The translations under genes and the position numbers were made by a program. Source: Mobula hypostoma (lineage: Eukaryota). Taken from it: a stretch of 64,000 nt of DNA. The notes beneath the pieces were generated by a model. That model was not told the origin of the DNA, made no database searches, and saw nothing but the letters and a program-made list of their open reading frames with translations. Every line of letters begins with the position of its first letter. The stretch's first letter is position 1. The stretch is from NCBI RefSeq assembly GCF_963921235.1, contig NC_086097.1:114702001-114766000 (forward strand), in the 5' to 3' direction. Shown in pieces: positions 35,695 to 47,845 of this stretch.

Positions 35695-38518
35695 GCGACT
35701 CCAGCCTTGAACTCCAGGCAGGGTCTTTATGTGCTATCATTGTAACTCCCGTCTCCCATTTCCCCACCAATACTCTGCAATCCCATCTCCTTCAGATCCT
35801 ATCGTCAGCTCATAGGTCCTCAGAGGCTCCATCTTCCTCTCACCCCAACCCTCCCCTCTCCATTGACACCCCCAGCCTCCCCCCTCCCCCCTCTGATCCC
35901 AGCTGTCATCCGTGCCGGGTCTTTACCATCCCCTCCGACCTTCAACTGTTGGAGGCAGAACGCTCTGTCCTCAGTAAGGGCCTCACGTTTGTCCCCCTTC
36001 GCCCACACCTCAGCGAGTTCTGTGTTTGCCACGATGCGGAACTCTTCTTCTGCCGTCTCCACCTCCGAGCCTACTTCTTTGGCAAGGACTCTTCCACCCC
36101 CACCGATGACCCCTTCTCCCGTCTTCAACCCTCCTCTTCTTCATGGACACCCTGCTCTGGTCTTCTGCCTGCTCTGGATCTCTTTATCGCTAACTGCCAA
36201 AGGGACATCAACCGTCTCGACTTCACTGCATCTTGTCCCCATTCCAATCTCACTCCTTCGGAACGCTCTGCTCTCCGCTACCTCCACACTAATCCTAACC
36301 TTATTATTAAACCTGCTGATAAGGGGGGTGCTGTTGTAGTCTGGCGTACTGACCTCTACCTTGCCGAGGCACAGCGACAACTCGCGGATACCTCCTCTTA
36401 TTTACCTCTCGATCGTGACCCCACTAAGGAGCACCAGGCCATTGTCTCCCACACCATCACCGACTTTATCCGCTCAGGGGATCTCCCATCCACTGCTACC
36501 AACCTTATAGTTCCCACACCTCACATTTCCCATTTCTACATCCTACCCAAGATCCACAAACCTGCCTGTCCTGGCAGACCTATTGTCTCAGCTTGCTCCT
36601 GCCCCACCGAACTCGTTTCTGCATACCTTGACACGGTTTTACCCCCCCTTGTTCAATCCCTTCCTACCTAAGTTCGTGACACTTCTCACGTTCTTAAACT
36701 TTTCGATGATTTTAAGTTCCCTGGCCCCCACCGCTTTATCTTCACCATGGATGTCCAGTCCCTATGTACTTCCATCCCCCATCAGGAAGGTCTCAAAGCT
36801 CTACGCTTCTTTTTGGATTCCAGATCTAATCAGTTCCCCTCTACCACCACTCTGCTCCATCTAGCGGAATTAGTCCTTACTCTTAATAATTTCTCCTTTG
36901 GCTCCTCCCACTTCCTCCAAACTAAAGGTTGGGTCCTAGCTATGCCTGCCTTTTTGTTGGCTTTGTGGAACAATCTATGTTCCATGCCTATTCTGGTATC
37001 TGTCCCCCACTTTTCCTTCGCTACATCGACGACTGCATTGGCGCTGCTTCCTGCACGCATGCAGAGCTCATTGACTTTATTAACTTTGCCTCCAACTTTC
37101 ACCCTGCCCTCAAGTTTACCTGGTCCATTTCCGACACCTCCCTCCCCTTTCTAGATCTTTCTGTCTCTGTCTCTGGAGACAGCTTATCCACTGATGTCTA
37201 CTATAAGCCTACTGACTCTCACAGCTATCTGGACTATTCCTCTTCTCACCCTGTCTCTTGCAAAAACGCCATCCCCTTCTCGCAATTCCTCCGTCTCCAC
37301 CGCATCTGCTCTCAGGATGAGGCTTTTCATTCTAGGATGAGGGAGATGTCCTCCTTTTTTAAAGAAAGGGGCTTCCCTTCTTCCACTATCAACTCTGCTC
37401 TCAAACGCATCTCCCCCATTTCACGTACATCTGCTCTCACTCCATCCTCCCGCCACCCCACTAGGAATAGGGTTCCCCTGGTCCTCGCCTACCACCCCAC
37501 CAGCCTCTGGGTCCAACATATTATTTTCCGTAACTTCCGCCACCTCCAACGGGATCCCACCACTAAGCACATCTTTCCCTCCGCCCCCCCCCGCTTTCCG
37601 CAGGGATCGCTCCCTATGCGACTCCCTTGTCCATTCGTCCTCCCCATCCCTCCCCACTGATCTCCCTCCTGGCACTTATCCGTGTAAGCCGAACAAGTGC
37701 TACACATGCCCTTACACTTCCTCCCTTACCACCATTCAGGGCCCCAACCAGTCCTTCCAGGTGAGGCGACACTTCACCTGTGAGTTGGCTGGGGTGATAT
37801 ACTGTGTCCGGTGATCCCGATGTGGTCTTCTATATATTGGCGAGACCCGACGCAGACTGGGAGACCGCTTTGCTGAACACCTACGCTCTGTCTGCCAGAG
37901 AAAGCAGGATCTCCCAGTGACCACACATTTTAATTCCACATCTCATTCCCATTCTGACATGTCTATCCACGGCCTCCTCTACTGTAAAGATTAAGCCACA
38001 CTCAGGTTGGAGGAACAACACCTTATATTCCATCTGGGTAGCCTCCAACCTGATGGCATGAACATCCACTTCTCTAGCTTCCGCTAATGCCCCACCTCCC
38101 CCTCGTACCCCAACTGTTATTTATTTTTATGCACACATTCTTTCTCTCACTCTCCTTTTTCTCCCTCTGTCCCTCTGAATATACCCCTTGCCTATCCTCT
38201 GGGTTCCTCCCCTCACCGTCTTTCTTCCCGGACCTCCTGTCCCATGATGCTCTCGTATCCCCTTTGCCAATCACTTGTCCAGCTCTTGGCTCCCCCCTCC
38301 CCCTCCTGTCTTCTCCTATCATTTTGGATCTCCCCCTCCCCCTCCAACTTTCAAATCCCTTACTCACTCTTCCTTCAGTTAGTCCTGACGAAGGGTCTCG
38401 GCCTGAAACGTCGACTGCACCTCTTCCTAGAGATGCTGCCTGGCCTGCTGCGTTCACCAGCAACTTTGATGTGTGCTGGTTGAATTTCCAGCATCTGCAG
38501 AATTCCTGTTGTTTGTGC
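35695..38518 (+). mobile_element. Penelope-like element (RT + GIY-YIG), 5'-truncated, 12-bp TSD
   Basis: KPADKG, PKIHK, RPIVS, MDVQSL, GPSYA, RYIDD, LPFLDL, YYKPT, GVIYC..CGLLYIGETRRRL..RFAEH; TSD AGATCCTTGACT (35683-35694 / 38519-38530); several stops and frameshifts. Confidence 0.95.
38381..38416 (+). ncRNA. Minimal type-I hammerhead ribozyme (Penelope-associated), core intact
   Basis: AGTC-CTGACGA-AGG(GTCTCGG)CCT-GAAAC-GTC^GACT: stem I AGTC/GACT, and palindromic ACGT in place of stem III. Confidence 0.88.
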
Positions 38519-39226
38519 AGATCCTTGACTTTCTCAGTGGGAGACCTCAGTTAGTGCAGATCAGAAATAACATCTCCTCCTCGCTGGCAATCAACACAGG
38601 AGCTTCTCAGGGATGTGTGCTTAGCCCACTGCTCTACTCTCTCTACACCCATGACTGTGTGGCTAGGCACAGCTCAGATGCTATTTTAATGCTATTGTTG
38701 GCAGAATTTTAGATGGTGATGAGGAAGCGTACAGGAGAGAGACGGGTCAGCTAGTTGCAACAACAACCTTGCATTCAACATCAGTAAGACCAAGAAAGTG
38801 AATGTGGACTTCAGGAAAGGGATGTTGAGGAAATACACACCAGTTCTCATTGAGGAATCAGCAGCAGAAAGGGTGAGCTGTTTCAAGTTCCTGTCCGTCA
38901 ACATCACTGAAGATCTCTCCTGGACCTAACATATTGACACAATTACAAAGAAGGCATGACCATCAGCTATATTTCATTAGGAGATTTGAGGAGACTTGGT
39001 TTGTCACCAAAGACTCTTGCAAATTTCTACAGATGTACCTTGGAAAACATTGTAACTGGTTGCCACACACAGTCTCATGTGTGGGGGACGGAGGGTGGGT
39101 GTATTAACGGGATCTGAAAAAGCCGCGGGAAGTTGCAGACTCAGTCAGCTCCATCGTGGGCAAAAACCTTCCCACCACTGAGGACATCCTCAAAAGGCGA
39201 TGCCTCAGACAGGCAGTGTTCTTCAT

Positions 39227-42200
39227 CATAGAAACATAGAAACATAGAAAATAGGTGCAGGAGTAGGCCATTCGGCCCTTCGAGCCTGACCGCCATTTAT
39301 TATGATCATGGCTGATCATCCAACTCAGAACCCAGCCTTCCCTCCATACCCCCTGATCCCCGTAGCCACAAGGGCCATATCTAACTTCCTCTTAAACACA
39401 GCCAATGAACCGGCCTCAACAGTTTGCTGTGGCAGAGAATTCCACAGATTCACCACTCTCTGTGTGAAGAAGTTTTTCCTAATCTCGGTCCTAAAAGGCT
39501 TCCCCTCTATCCTCAAACTGTGACCCCTCGTTCTGGACCTCCCCAACATCGGGAACAATCTTCCCGCATCTAGCCTGTCCAATCCCTTTAGGATCTTATA
39601 CGTTTCAATCAGATCCCCCCTCAATCTTCTAAATTCCAATGAGTACAAGCCCAGTTCATCCAGTCTTTCTTCATATGAAAGACCTGCCATCCCAGGAATC
39701 AATCTGGTGAACCTTCTTTGTACTCCCTCTATGGCAAAGATGTCTTTCCTCAGATTAGGGGACCAAAACTGCACACAATACTCCAGGTGTGGTCTCACCA
39801 AGGCCTTGTACAACTGCAGTAGTACCTCCCTGCTCCTGTACTCGAATCCTCTCGCTATAAATGCCAGCATACCGTTCGCCTTTTTCACCGCCTGCTGTAC
39901 CTGCATGCCCACTTTCAATGACTGGTGTATAATGACACCCAGGTCTCGTTGCACCTCCCCTTTTCCTAATTGGCCACCATTCAGATAATAATCTGTTTTC
40001 CTATTTTTGCCACCAAAGTGGATAACTTCACATTTATCCACATTAAATTGCATCTGCCATGAGTTTGCCCACTCACCCAACCTATCCAAGTCACCCTGCA
40101 TCCTCTTAGCATCCTCCTCACTGCTAACACTGCCACCCAGCTTCGTGTCATCCGCAAACTTGGAGATGCTGCATTTAATTCCCTCATCCAAGTCATTAAT
40201 ATATATTGTAAACAACTGGGGTCCCAGCACTGAGCCTTGCGGTACCCCACTAGTCACCGCCTGCCATTCTGAAAAGGTCCCGTTTATTCCCACTCTTTGC
40301 TTCCTGTCTGCTAACCAATTCTCCACCCACACCAATACCTTACCCCCAATACCGTGTGCTTTAAGTTTGCACACTAATCTCCTGTGTGGGACCTTGTCAA
40401 AAGCCTTTTGAAAATCCAAATATACCACATCCACTGGTTCTCCCCTATCCACTCTACTAGTTACATCCTCAAAAAATTCTATGAGATTCGTCAGACATGA
40501 TTTTCCTTTCACAAATCCATGCTGACTTTGTCCGATCATTTCACCGCTTTCCAAATGTGCTGTTATCACATCCTTGATAACTGACTCCAGCAGTTTCCCC
40601 ACCACCGACGTTAGGCTAACCGGCCTATAATTCCCCGGTTTCTCTCTCCCTCCTTTTTTAAAAAGTGGGGTTACATTAGCCACCCTCCAATCCTCAGGAA
40701 CTAGTCCAGAATCTAACGAGTTTTGAAAAATTATCACTAATGCATCCACTATTTCTTGGGCTACTTCCTTAAGCACTCTGGGATGCAGACCATCTGGCCC
40801 TGGGGATTTATCTGCCTTCAATCCCTTCAATTTACCTAACACCACTTCCCTACTAACATGTATTTCAATCAGTTCCTCCATCTCACTGGACCCTCTGTCC
40901 CTTACTATTTCTGGAAGATTATTTATGTCCTCCTTAGTGAAGACAGAACCAAAGTAATTATTCAATTGGTCTGCCATGTCCTTGCTCCCCATAATCAATT
41001 CACCTGTTTCTGTCTGCAGGGGACCTACATTTGTCTTTATCAGTCTTTTCCTTTTTACATATCTATAAAAGCTTTTACAGTCCGTTTTTATGTTCTCTGC
41101 CAGTTTTCTCTCATAATCTTTTTTCCCCTTCCTAATTAAGCCCTTTGTCCTCCTCTGCTGAACTCTGAATTTCTCCCAGTCCTCAGGTGAGCCACTTTCT
41201 CTGGCTAATTTGTATGCTACTGCTTTGGAATTGATACTATCCCTAATTTCTCTTGTCAGCCACGGGTGCACTACCTTCCTTGATTTATTCTTTTGCCAAA
41301 CTGGGATGAACAATTGTTGTAGTTCATCCATGCAACCTTTAAATGCCTGCCATTGCATATCCACCGTCAATCCTTTAAGTGTCATTTGCCAGTCTATCTT
41401 AGCTAATTCACGACTCATACCTTCAAAGTTACCCCTCTTTAAGTTCAGAACCTTTGTTTCTGAATTAACTATGTCACTCTCCATCTTAATGAAGAATTCC
41501 ACCATATTATGGTCACTCTTACCCAAGGGGCCTCTCACGACAAGATCGCTAATTAACCCTTCCTCATTGCTCAAAACCCAGTCCAGAATAGCCTGCTCTC
41601 TAGTCGGTTCCTCGACATGTTGGTTCAAAAAACCATCCCGCATACATTCCAAGAAATCCTCTTCCTCAGCACCTTTACCAATTTGGTTCACCCAGTCTAC
41701 ATGTAGATTGAAGTCACCCATTATAACTGCTGTTCCTTTATTGCACACATTTCTAATTTCCTGTTTAATACCATCTCCGACCTCACTACTACTGTTAGGT
41801 GGCCTGTACACAACTCCCACCAGCGTCTTCTGCCCCTTAGTGTTACGCAGCTCTACTCATATCGATTCCACATCTTCCCGGCTTATGTCCTTCCTTTCTA
41901 TTGCGTTAATCTCTTTTTTAACCAGCAACGCCACCCCACCTCCCCTTCCTTCATGTCTATCCCTCCTGAATATTGAATATCCCTGAATGTTGAGCTCCCA
42001 TCCCTGGTCACCCTGGAGCCATGTCTCTGTGATCCCAACTATATCATAATCATTAATAACAATCTGCACTTTCAATTCATCCACCTTATTACGAATGCTC
42101 CTTGCATTGACACATAAAGCCTTCAGGCGCTCTTTTACAACTCTCTTAGCCCTTTTTAATGCTTGCCCTGGATTTGTCGGCCTGCCACTTTTACTTTTCC

Positions 42201-42312
42201 CCTTTGTACTTTTCGCTTCTACGCTCACTTTACACCCCTCTGTCTCTCTGCACTGGTTCCCATCCCTCTGTTGTGAACTAACCTCCTCACACCGAGCCTC
42301 TTTAATTTGATT
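39227..42312 (-). mobile_element. Young CR1 LINE containing the whole of ORF2
   Basis: (TTCTATGT)n tail at 39227-39250; ORF2 APE + RT; ORF1 absent (5'-truncated). Confidence 0.97.
39325..42312 (-). pseudogene. CR1 ORF2 (APE endonuclease-reverse transcriptase) with a single nonsense codon
   Basis: ORFs 41857-42336 and 39325-41820 are in the same frame, separated only by TGA at 41857-41859 (ESI*VEL; W expected). Motifs NARS, ITETW, GDFN, SDH, DFQKAFD, PQGS and FADD. Confidence 0.93.
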
Positions 42313-42744
42313 ATATACGCCCATCACCCAGGGCATGCCTTCTTCTCATTGGTACCATCAAGGAGAATGCACGGCAGCTTGAGGACACACAGTCAACACT
42401 TTAGGAACATCTTCATCCCCTCCACCATCAGATGTCTGAATGGACAATGAACCAAACCCATGAACACTAGCTCACTATATTTTTTCCTTTTTTTGCTCTC
42501 TTTTTGCATAAAATATTTCATTTAATTTTCAGACACTATATATATATAATTGTAATTTATACTTTTTATTATTACAGTATGTATTGCAGTGTACAGCTGC
42601 AACAAATTTCATGACATATGCCAGTGATATTAAACCTATTTCTGATTTTAATGGCTTTAGTAATAATTTAGGGATTACTGCCTTTGAGGTCTTGCACTTC
42701 AATTTTCTCCTTCAGTCCCCGAAATCTATCTTCAGGACCTTATC

Positions 42745-44410
42745 CAAGCAGCACACACAAGACGCTGGAGGAACTTAGCAGATCAGGCAGCATCAATGGA
42801 AGACAAGCGAAGTTTTGGGCTGAGACCCTTCATCAGGACTGGAAAAAAGAGAAGTCAGGGTAAGAAGGTGGGGGAGGGGAGGAAGAAATACAAGGTTGTA
42901 GGTGATAGGTGAAATTGGGAGAGGGGGAGTGGTGAAGTAAAGAGCTGGGGAAGTTGATTGGTGAAGGAGATACAGGGCTGGAGAAGAGGGAGTCTGATCG
43001 GAGAGGACAGAAGGCCATGGAAGAAAGGGAAAGCAGAGAAACTCCAGAAGGAGGTGATGGGCAGAAAAGGAGATAAAGTGAGACAGGGAAATAGGTTTGG
43101 GAAAAGATGAAGGTTGGGAGGGGGGTGGCATTACTGGAAGTTCATACCATTAGGTTGGAGGACTACCCTGATGAAAATTAATGTGTCGGAGGAGAGAATG
43201 GGTTGTGTGGGACTGTACTCACCAGAATTCAGGAGATCTTATAGAAACATATAAAATTATGAAAGGGATAGATAAGATAGAGGCAGGAAAGTTATGTCCA
43301 CTGGTAGATGTGACTAGAACCAGGGGATATAGCCTCAATATTCTGGGGAGTAGATTTAGGACAGAGATGACGAGGAACTGCTTTTCCCAGAGAGTGGTGA
43401 ATCTGTGGAATTCTCTGCCCTATGATGCAGTGGAGACTACCTCAGTTAATATATCTATGAGAAGGCTGTATAGATTTTTGCATAGTAAGGGAATTAAGGG
43501 TTATGGGGAAAAGGCAGGTAGGTGGAGATGAGTCCATGGCCAGATCAGCCATGATCTTATTGAATGGCAGACCAGGCTCTACAGGCCAGATGGTCTACTC
43601 CTGCTCCTATTTCTTATGTTCTTATGTGTTGCTCCCCCAACCTGAGTGTGGCCTCATCATGGCAGTAGAGGAGGCCATGGACTGACATGTCAGAATGGGA
43701 ATGGGAAGTAGAATTAATATGGGTGGTTACTAGGAGATCACGCTTTTTCTGGCAGATGGAGCATAGATGCTTGGCAAAGCGATCTCCCAATCGACATTTG
43801 GTCTCACTGATACACAGGAGGCCACACTGGGAGCACTGGATACAGTAGATGACCCCAAAAGACTCACAGGTGAAGTGTCGCCTCACCTGGAAGGACTTGT
43901 TAGGGGCTTGGAATGGTAGTGAGGGAGGAAGTGTAGGGGCAGGTGTAGCACTTGTTTCGCTTACAAGGTTAAGTGCCAGGAGTGAGGTCAATGGGGAGGG
44001 ACGAATGGGCAAGAGAGTCGCGTAGGGAGCAATCTCTGTGGAAAGAAGAAAGTAGGGGGAGGGAAAAATGTGCTTGGTGGTGAAATCCCATTGGAGGTGG
44101 CAGAAGTTAAGGGGAATTATATGTTGGACGTAGAGCCTGATGGGGTAGTAGGTGAGGACACGAGGAACTCTATCCCTGGTGGGGTGGCGAGTGGATGGAC
44201 TGAGGGCAGATGTGCATGAAATGGAAGAGACGTGGGTGAGGGCAGTACTAATGGTGGAGGCAGAGAAGCCCCTATCTTTGAAGAAGGAGGACATCTCCTT
44301 CGTTCTGGAATCAAAAACCTCATCCTGAGAGCAGATGCAATGGAGACGGAGGAATTGAGATAAGGGAATGGCATTTTTGCAAGTAACAGGTTGGGAAAGG
44401 TATATTCCAG
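42745..44410 (-). mobile_element. Penelope-like element 3' part (GIY-YIG + pLTR), interrupted by CR1 fragment
   Basis: ORF 43614-44468 SQFLRLHCICS...GVIYCIQCSQCGLLCISET; degenerate hammerhead at about 42806-42840. Confidence 0.9.
43185..43627 (+). mobile_element. CR1 3' fragment nested in Penelope
   Basis: GDLIETYKIMKG...FSQRVVNLWNSLP; (TTCTTATG)n tail. Confidence 0.9.
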
Positions 44411-44454
44411 GTAACTGTGTGAAATATGTCAGTCTATAGTCTCCTCTATTGCAG

Positions 44455-44972
44455 CAATGATGCCACACTCAGGTTGGAAGAGGAACACCTTACATTTCTC
44501 CTGGGTATCCTCCAACCTAATGGCATGAACGTCGATTTTTCGAACTTCTGGTGATGTTTCCCCTGCTTCACCATTCCTCCCTCCCATTTCCCTCTCTCAC
44601 CCTATCTCCTTACCTGCCCATCAGCTCCCTCTGGTGCTTCTTCCCCTTCCCTTTCCTCCGTGGCCTTCTGCCCTCCCCTATCAGATTTCCCCTTCTCCAG
44701 CCCTGTGCCTCTTTCATCAACCGACTCCCCAGCTCTTTACTTCACCCCTGCCCCTCTCCCAGTTTCACCTTTCACCTACTACATTGTATTTCTTCCTCCC
44801 CTCCCCCACCCTCTTACTCTGACTTCTCATTTTCTCCAGTGCCGATGAAGGGCCTCAGCCCAAAATGTCGACTGTACTCTTTTGCGTAGTTGCTGCCTGG
44901 CCTGCTGATTTCCTCCAGCATTTTGCGTGTGTTGCTTGGATTTCCAGCATCTGCAGATTTCCTTTTGTTTGC
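44455..44972 (+). mobile_element. Penelope 3' end/pLTR in inverted orientation to 42745-44410
   Basis: GCCACACTCAGGTTGGA...CTCCAACC, CT-rich tract, degenerate hammerhead at about 44838-44873, GATTTCCAGCATCTGCAG end. Confidence 0.85.
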
Positions 44973-45389
44973 GTTCAGGACCTTATTCTTTGGTTTAATG
45001 GGTTGCATTGTCATTGCTGCGGTTGGGAAGCTCTGGCTGTGCACACTTTGCCCTCACAATGTTCTGTACTTGCTCTCCTTTGATTCGAGCACCCGGGAGG
45101 AACAAAACCATCAAAGTAAATACTTTCTCACTGTGAAGCAGAGCAATCACATTCAGAAAATACACTGTCCTTGAACATCCACAAAACTAAATTTCTCGTC
45201 CTAGAATATTTCTTGTTTTGATTTCCCACGTCAGATAGTGATGGAGCTTAAAGCGAATTAAAGCAAGTTAACATAAATTCAATGCAGTCAACGTCAATGT
45301 TTCAAAGCATTCAGCCAATATCCTTTCAGTTTTAAAAGGATGGCACTCTGCACATTATACAGATGTCCAACTGTGGCCAAATTGGGATA

Positions 45390-46636
45390 TGTAGTCATAG
45401 TCATAGTCATACTTTATTGATCCTGGGGGAAATTGGTTTTCGTTACAGTTGCACCATAAATAATAAATAGTAATAGAACCATAAATAGTTAAATAGTAAT
45501 ATGTAAATTATGCCAGTAAATTATGAAATAAGTCCAGGACCAGCCTATTGGCTCAGGATGTCTGACCCTCCAAGGGAGGAGTTCTAAAGTTTGATGGCCA
45601 CAGGCAGGAATGACTTCCTATGACGCTCTGTGCTGCATCTCGGTGGAATGAGTCTCTGGCTGAATGTACTCCTGTGACCACCCAGTACATTATGTAGTGG
45701 ATGGGAGACATTGATCAAGATGGCATGCAACTTAGACAGCATCCTTTTTTCAGACACCACCGTGAGAGAGTCCAGTTCCATCCCCACAACATCACTGGCC
45801 TTACGAATGAGTTTGTTGATTCTGTTGGTGTCTGCTACCCTCAGCCTGCTGCCCCAGCACACAACAGCAAACATGATAGCACTGGCCACCACAGACTCGT
45901 AGAATATCCTCAGCATCGTCCGGCAGATGTTAAAGGACCTCAGTCTCCTCAGGAAATAGAGATGGCTCTGACCCTTCTTGTAGACAGCCTCAGTGTTCTT
46001 TGACCAGTCCAGTTTATTGTCAATTCGTATCCCCAGGTATTTGTAATCCTCCACCATGTCCACACTGACTCTCTGGATGGAAACAGGGGTCACCGGTACC
46101 TTAGCTCTCCTCAGGTCTACCACCAGCTCCTTAGCCTTTTTCACATTAAGCTGCAGATAATTCTGCTCACACCATGTGACAAAGTTTCCTACCGTAGCCC
46201 TGTACTCAGCCTCATCTCCCTTGCTGATGCATCCAACTATGGCAGAGTCATCCGAAAACTTCTGAAGATGACAAGACTCTGTGCAGTAGTTGAAGTCCGA
46301 GGTGTAAACGGTGAAGAGAAAGGGAGACAAGACAGTCCCCTGTGGAGCCCCAGTGCTGCTGATCACTCTGTCGGACACACAGTGTTGCAAGCACACGTAC
46401 TGTGGTCTGCCCGTCAGGTAATCAAGAATCCATGATACCAGGGAAGCATCCACCTGCATCGCTGTCAGCTTCTCCCCCAGCAGAGCAGGGCGGATGGTGT
46501 TGAACGCACTGGAGAAGTCAAAAGACATGACCCTCACAGTGTTTGCTGGCTTGTCCAGGTGGGCGTAGATAAAAGACATGACCCTCACAGTGCCCACTGG
46601 CTTGTCCACGTGGGTGTAGACATGACCCTCACAGTG
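45390..46636 (-). mobile_element. Young Rex1/Babar LINE, 5'-truncated
   Basis: Uninterrupted 380-aa ORF (DFSSAFNTI, GAPQGTVLSP, KFSDDS); AATAAA plus (TATGAC)n tail at about 45390-45418. Confidence 0.93.
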
Positions 46637-46809
46637 CTGGCTGACGTGGAAGTGTGAGCACTCAACAACTCCTGCAACAGCAGGTGGCCTTCTGCACGTT
46701 GGACGCCCAATTAATCTGCCCCACATTCAATCAGCTACGTGTGCGCTTGCCACATTCTCGCAACGGACCCGATGTGAATCGAATCGGGATAGTTTTCAGC
46801 TGTGGTCGC

Positions 46810-47110
46810 AGTGCGATGCAGCTGGCCTAGTTGCTGCCTCACTCCTCCAGGAACCTGGGTTCAGTTCTGATCCCTGAGCTTCTGCGCTCTCCCTGTGACT
46901 GTGTGGGATTCCCTGGGTGGTTCAGTTTCCTCCCTCATCCGACAGAGTTCGGGCTGGTAGGCTAACTGGCCACAGTGGTAGTTGAATATCAGACTCTTAG
47001 GTGGGTTGTGGGGGGAGGGGAGGGTTGATGGGATTATAGGTAAAATAACAAGTGATTTGTAGAGGATTAGTGCAATTGGCTGCTTGATCATTAGCATGGA
47101 TTTACAGGAG
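46810..47110 (+). mobile_element. V-SINE-like SINE
   Basis: GCTGCCTCAC..CCAGGAACCTGGGTTCAGTTC head and V-domain-like CTCCCTGTGACTGTGTGGGATTCCCTGGGTGGTTCAGTTTCCTCCC; a related relic lies at about 48490-48700. Confidence 0.65.
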
Positions 47111-47179
47111 CAAAGCTTATTCCCTTACTGTAAGACTTTGTGACTGAACATCGAAGTCATGAATCATGGATGATTGAAA

Positions 47180-47480
47180 TGTCTAGCACCAGGGAGCATA
47201 AAGAGGACTGTAGGAAAATATGGCGAGGTGGGGGTGGATGTCAGAGGTAAGTTTTCACACAAAGAGGGATGACTGTGTGGAATGCCCTGCCAGAGATGGT
47301 GGTAAAGGCAGATGCATTAGAGTTATTTAAAAAATTCTTAGATAGGCACATTGGATAGAAAAATGAGGGCTATGTAGGAGGGAGGTGTTAGGTTGACCTT
47401 AGAATAGGTTAAAAGTTCGGCACTACATTGTTGACCAAAGGGCTGGTACCCAGCTGTAATATTCTGTGTCCTACAGTATG
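47180..47480 (+). mobile_element. CR1 3' end, decayed
   Basis: GATGTCAGAGGTAAGTTTT...TGGAATGCCCTGCCAGAG, similar to 29450-29660. Confidence 0.7.
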
Positions 47481-47499
47481 TTGTATGAAACCATTCATT

Positions 47500-47845
47500 T
47501 GTTTATTATGTGCCATGTCGTATGACATGGGTGCTCATGGTCTTTCTTTGACCATGATTGTTCTTGGCAATTTTTTCTACAGAAGTGGTTTGCCATTGCC
47601 TCTTTCCTGGACAGTGTCTTTACAAGATGGGTGACCCCGTATATTATCAATACTCTTCAGAGGTTGTCTGCCTGGCATCAGTGGTCGCATAACCAGGATT
47701 TGTGATGTGCACCAGCTGATCATGTGACCATCCACCACCGGCTCCCATGGCTTCACGTGGCCCTGATCCGGAGAGGGGCTGAAGCAGGTGCTGTACCTTG
47801 TGCCTTACACCCCCTCTGGTAGAGATGTATCTCCACCCTGCCACT
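47500..47845 (-). mobile_element. RTE-related SINE/non-autonomous element
   Basis: AGTGGTTTGCCATTGCC (RTE motif shared with the SINE at 22382-22644). Confidence 0.6.

Larger units (their letters stand above)
34560..42650 (+). mobile_element. Rex1/Babar LINE split into three pieces (34560-35694, 38519-39226, 42319-42650)
   Basis: KSDHLPVLL, FESVDW, KASGPVGVPG, then ILDFLSGRPQ, GASQGCVLSPLLYSLYTHDC, then the 3' tail; collinear across the two insertions. Confidence 0.85.

Noticed and set aside
41857..41859. Selenocysteine or programmed read-through in CR1 ORF2
   Set aside because: The position is Trp in other CR1 copies here (ESLW at about 25330 and 62885), so an ordinary TGG>TGA mutation is the simpler explanation.
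39707..42310. Long + strand ORFs (e.g. 41210-41986, 258 aa)
   Set aside because: Antisense shadows of CR1 ORF2; the same applies to ORFs opposite other LINEs.
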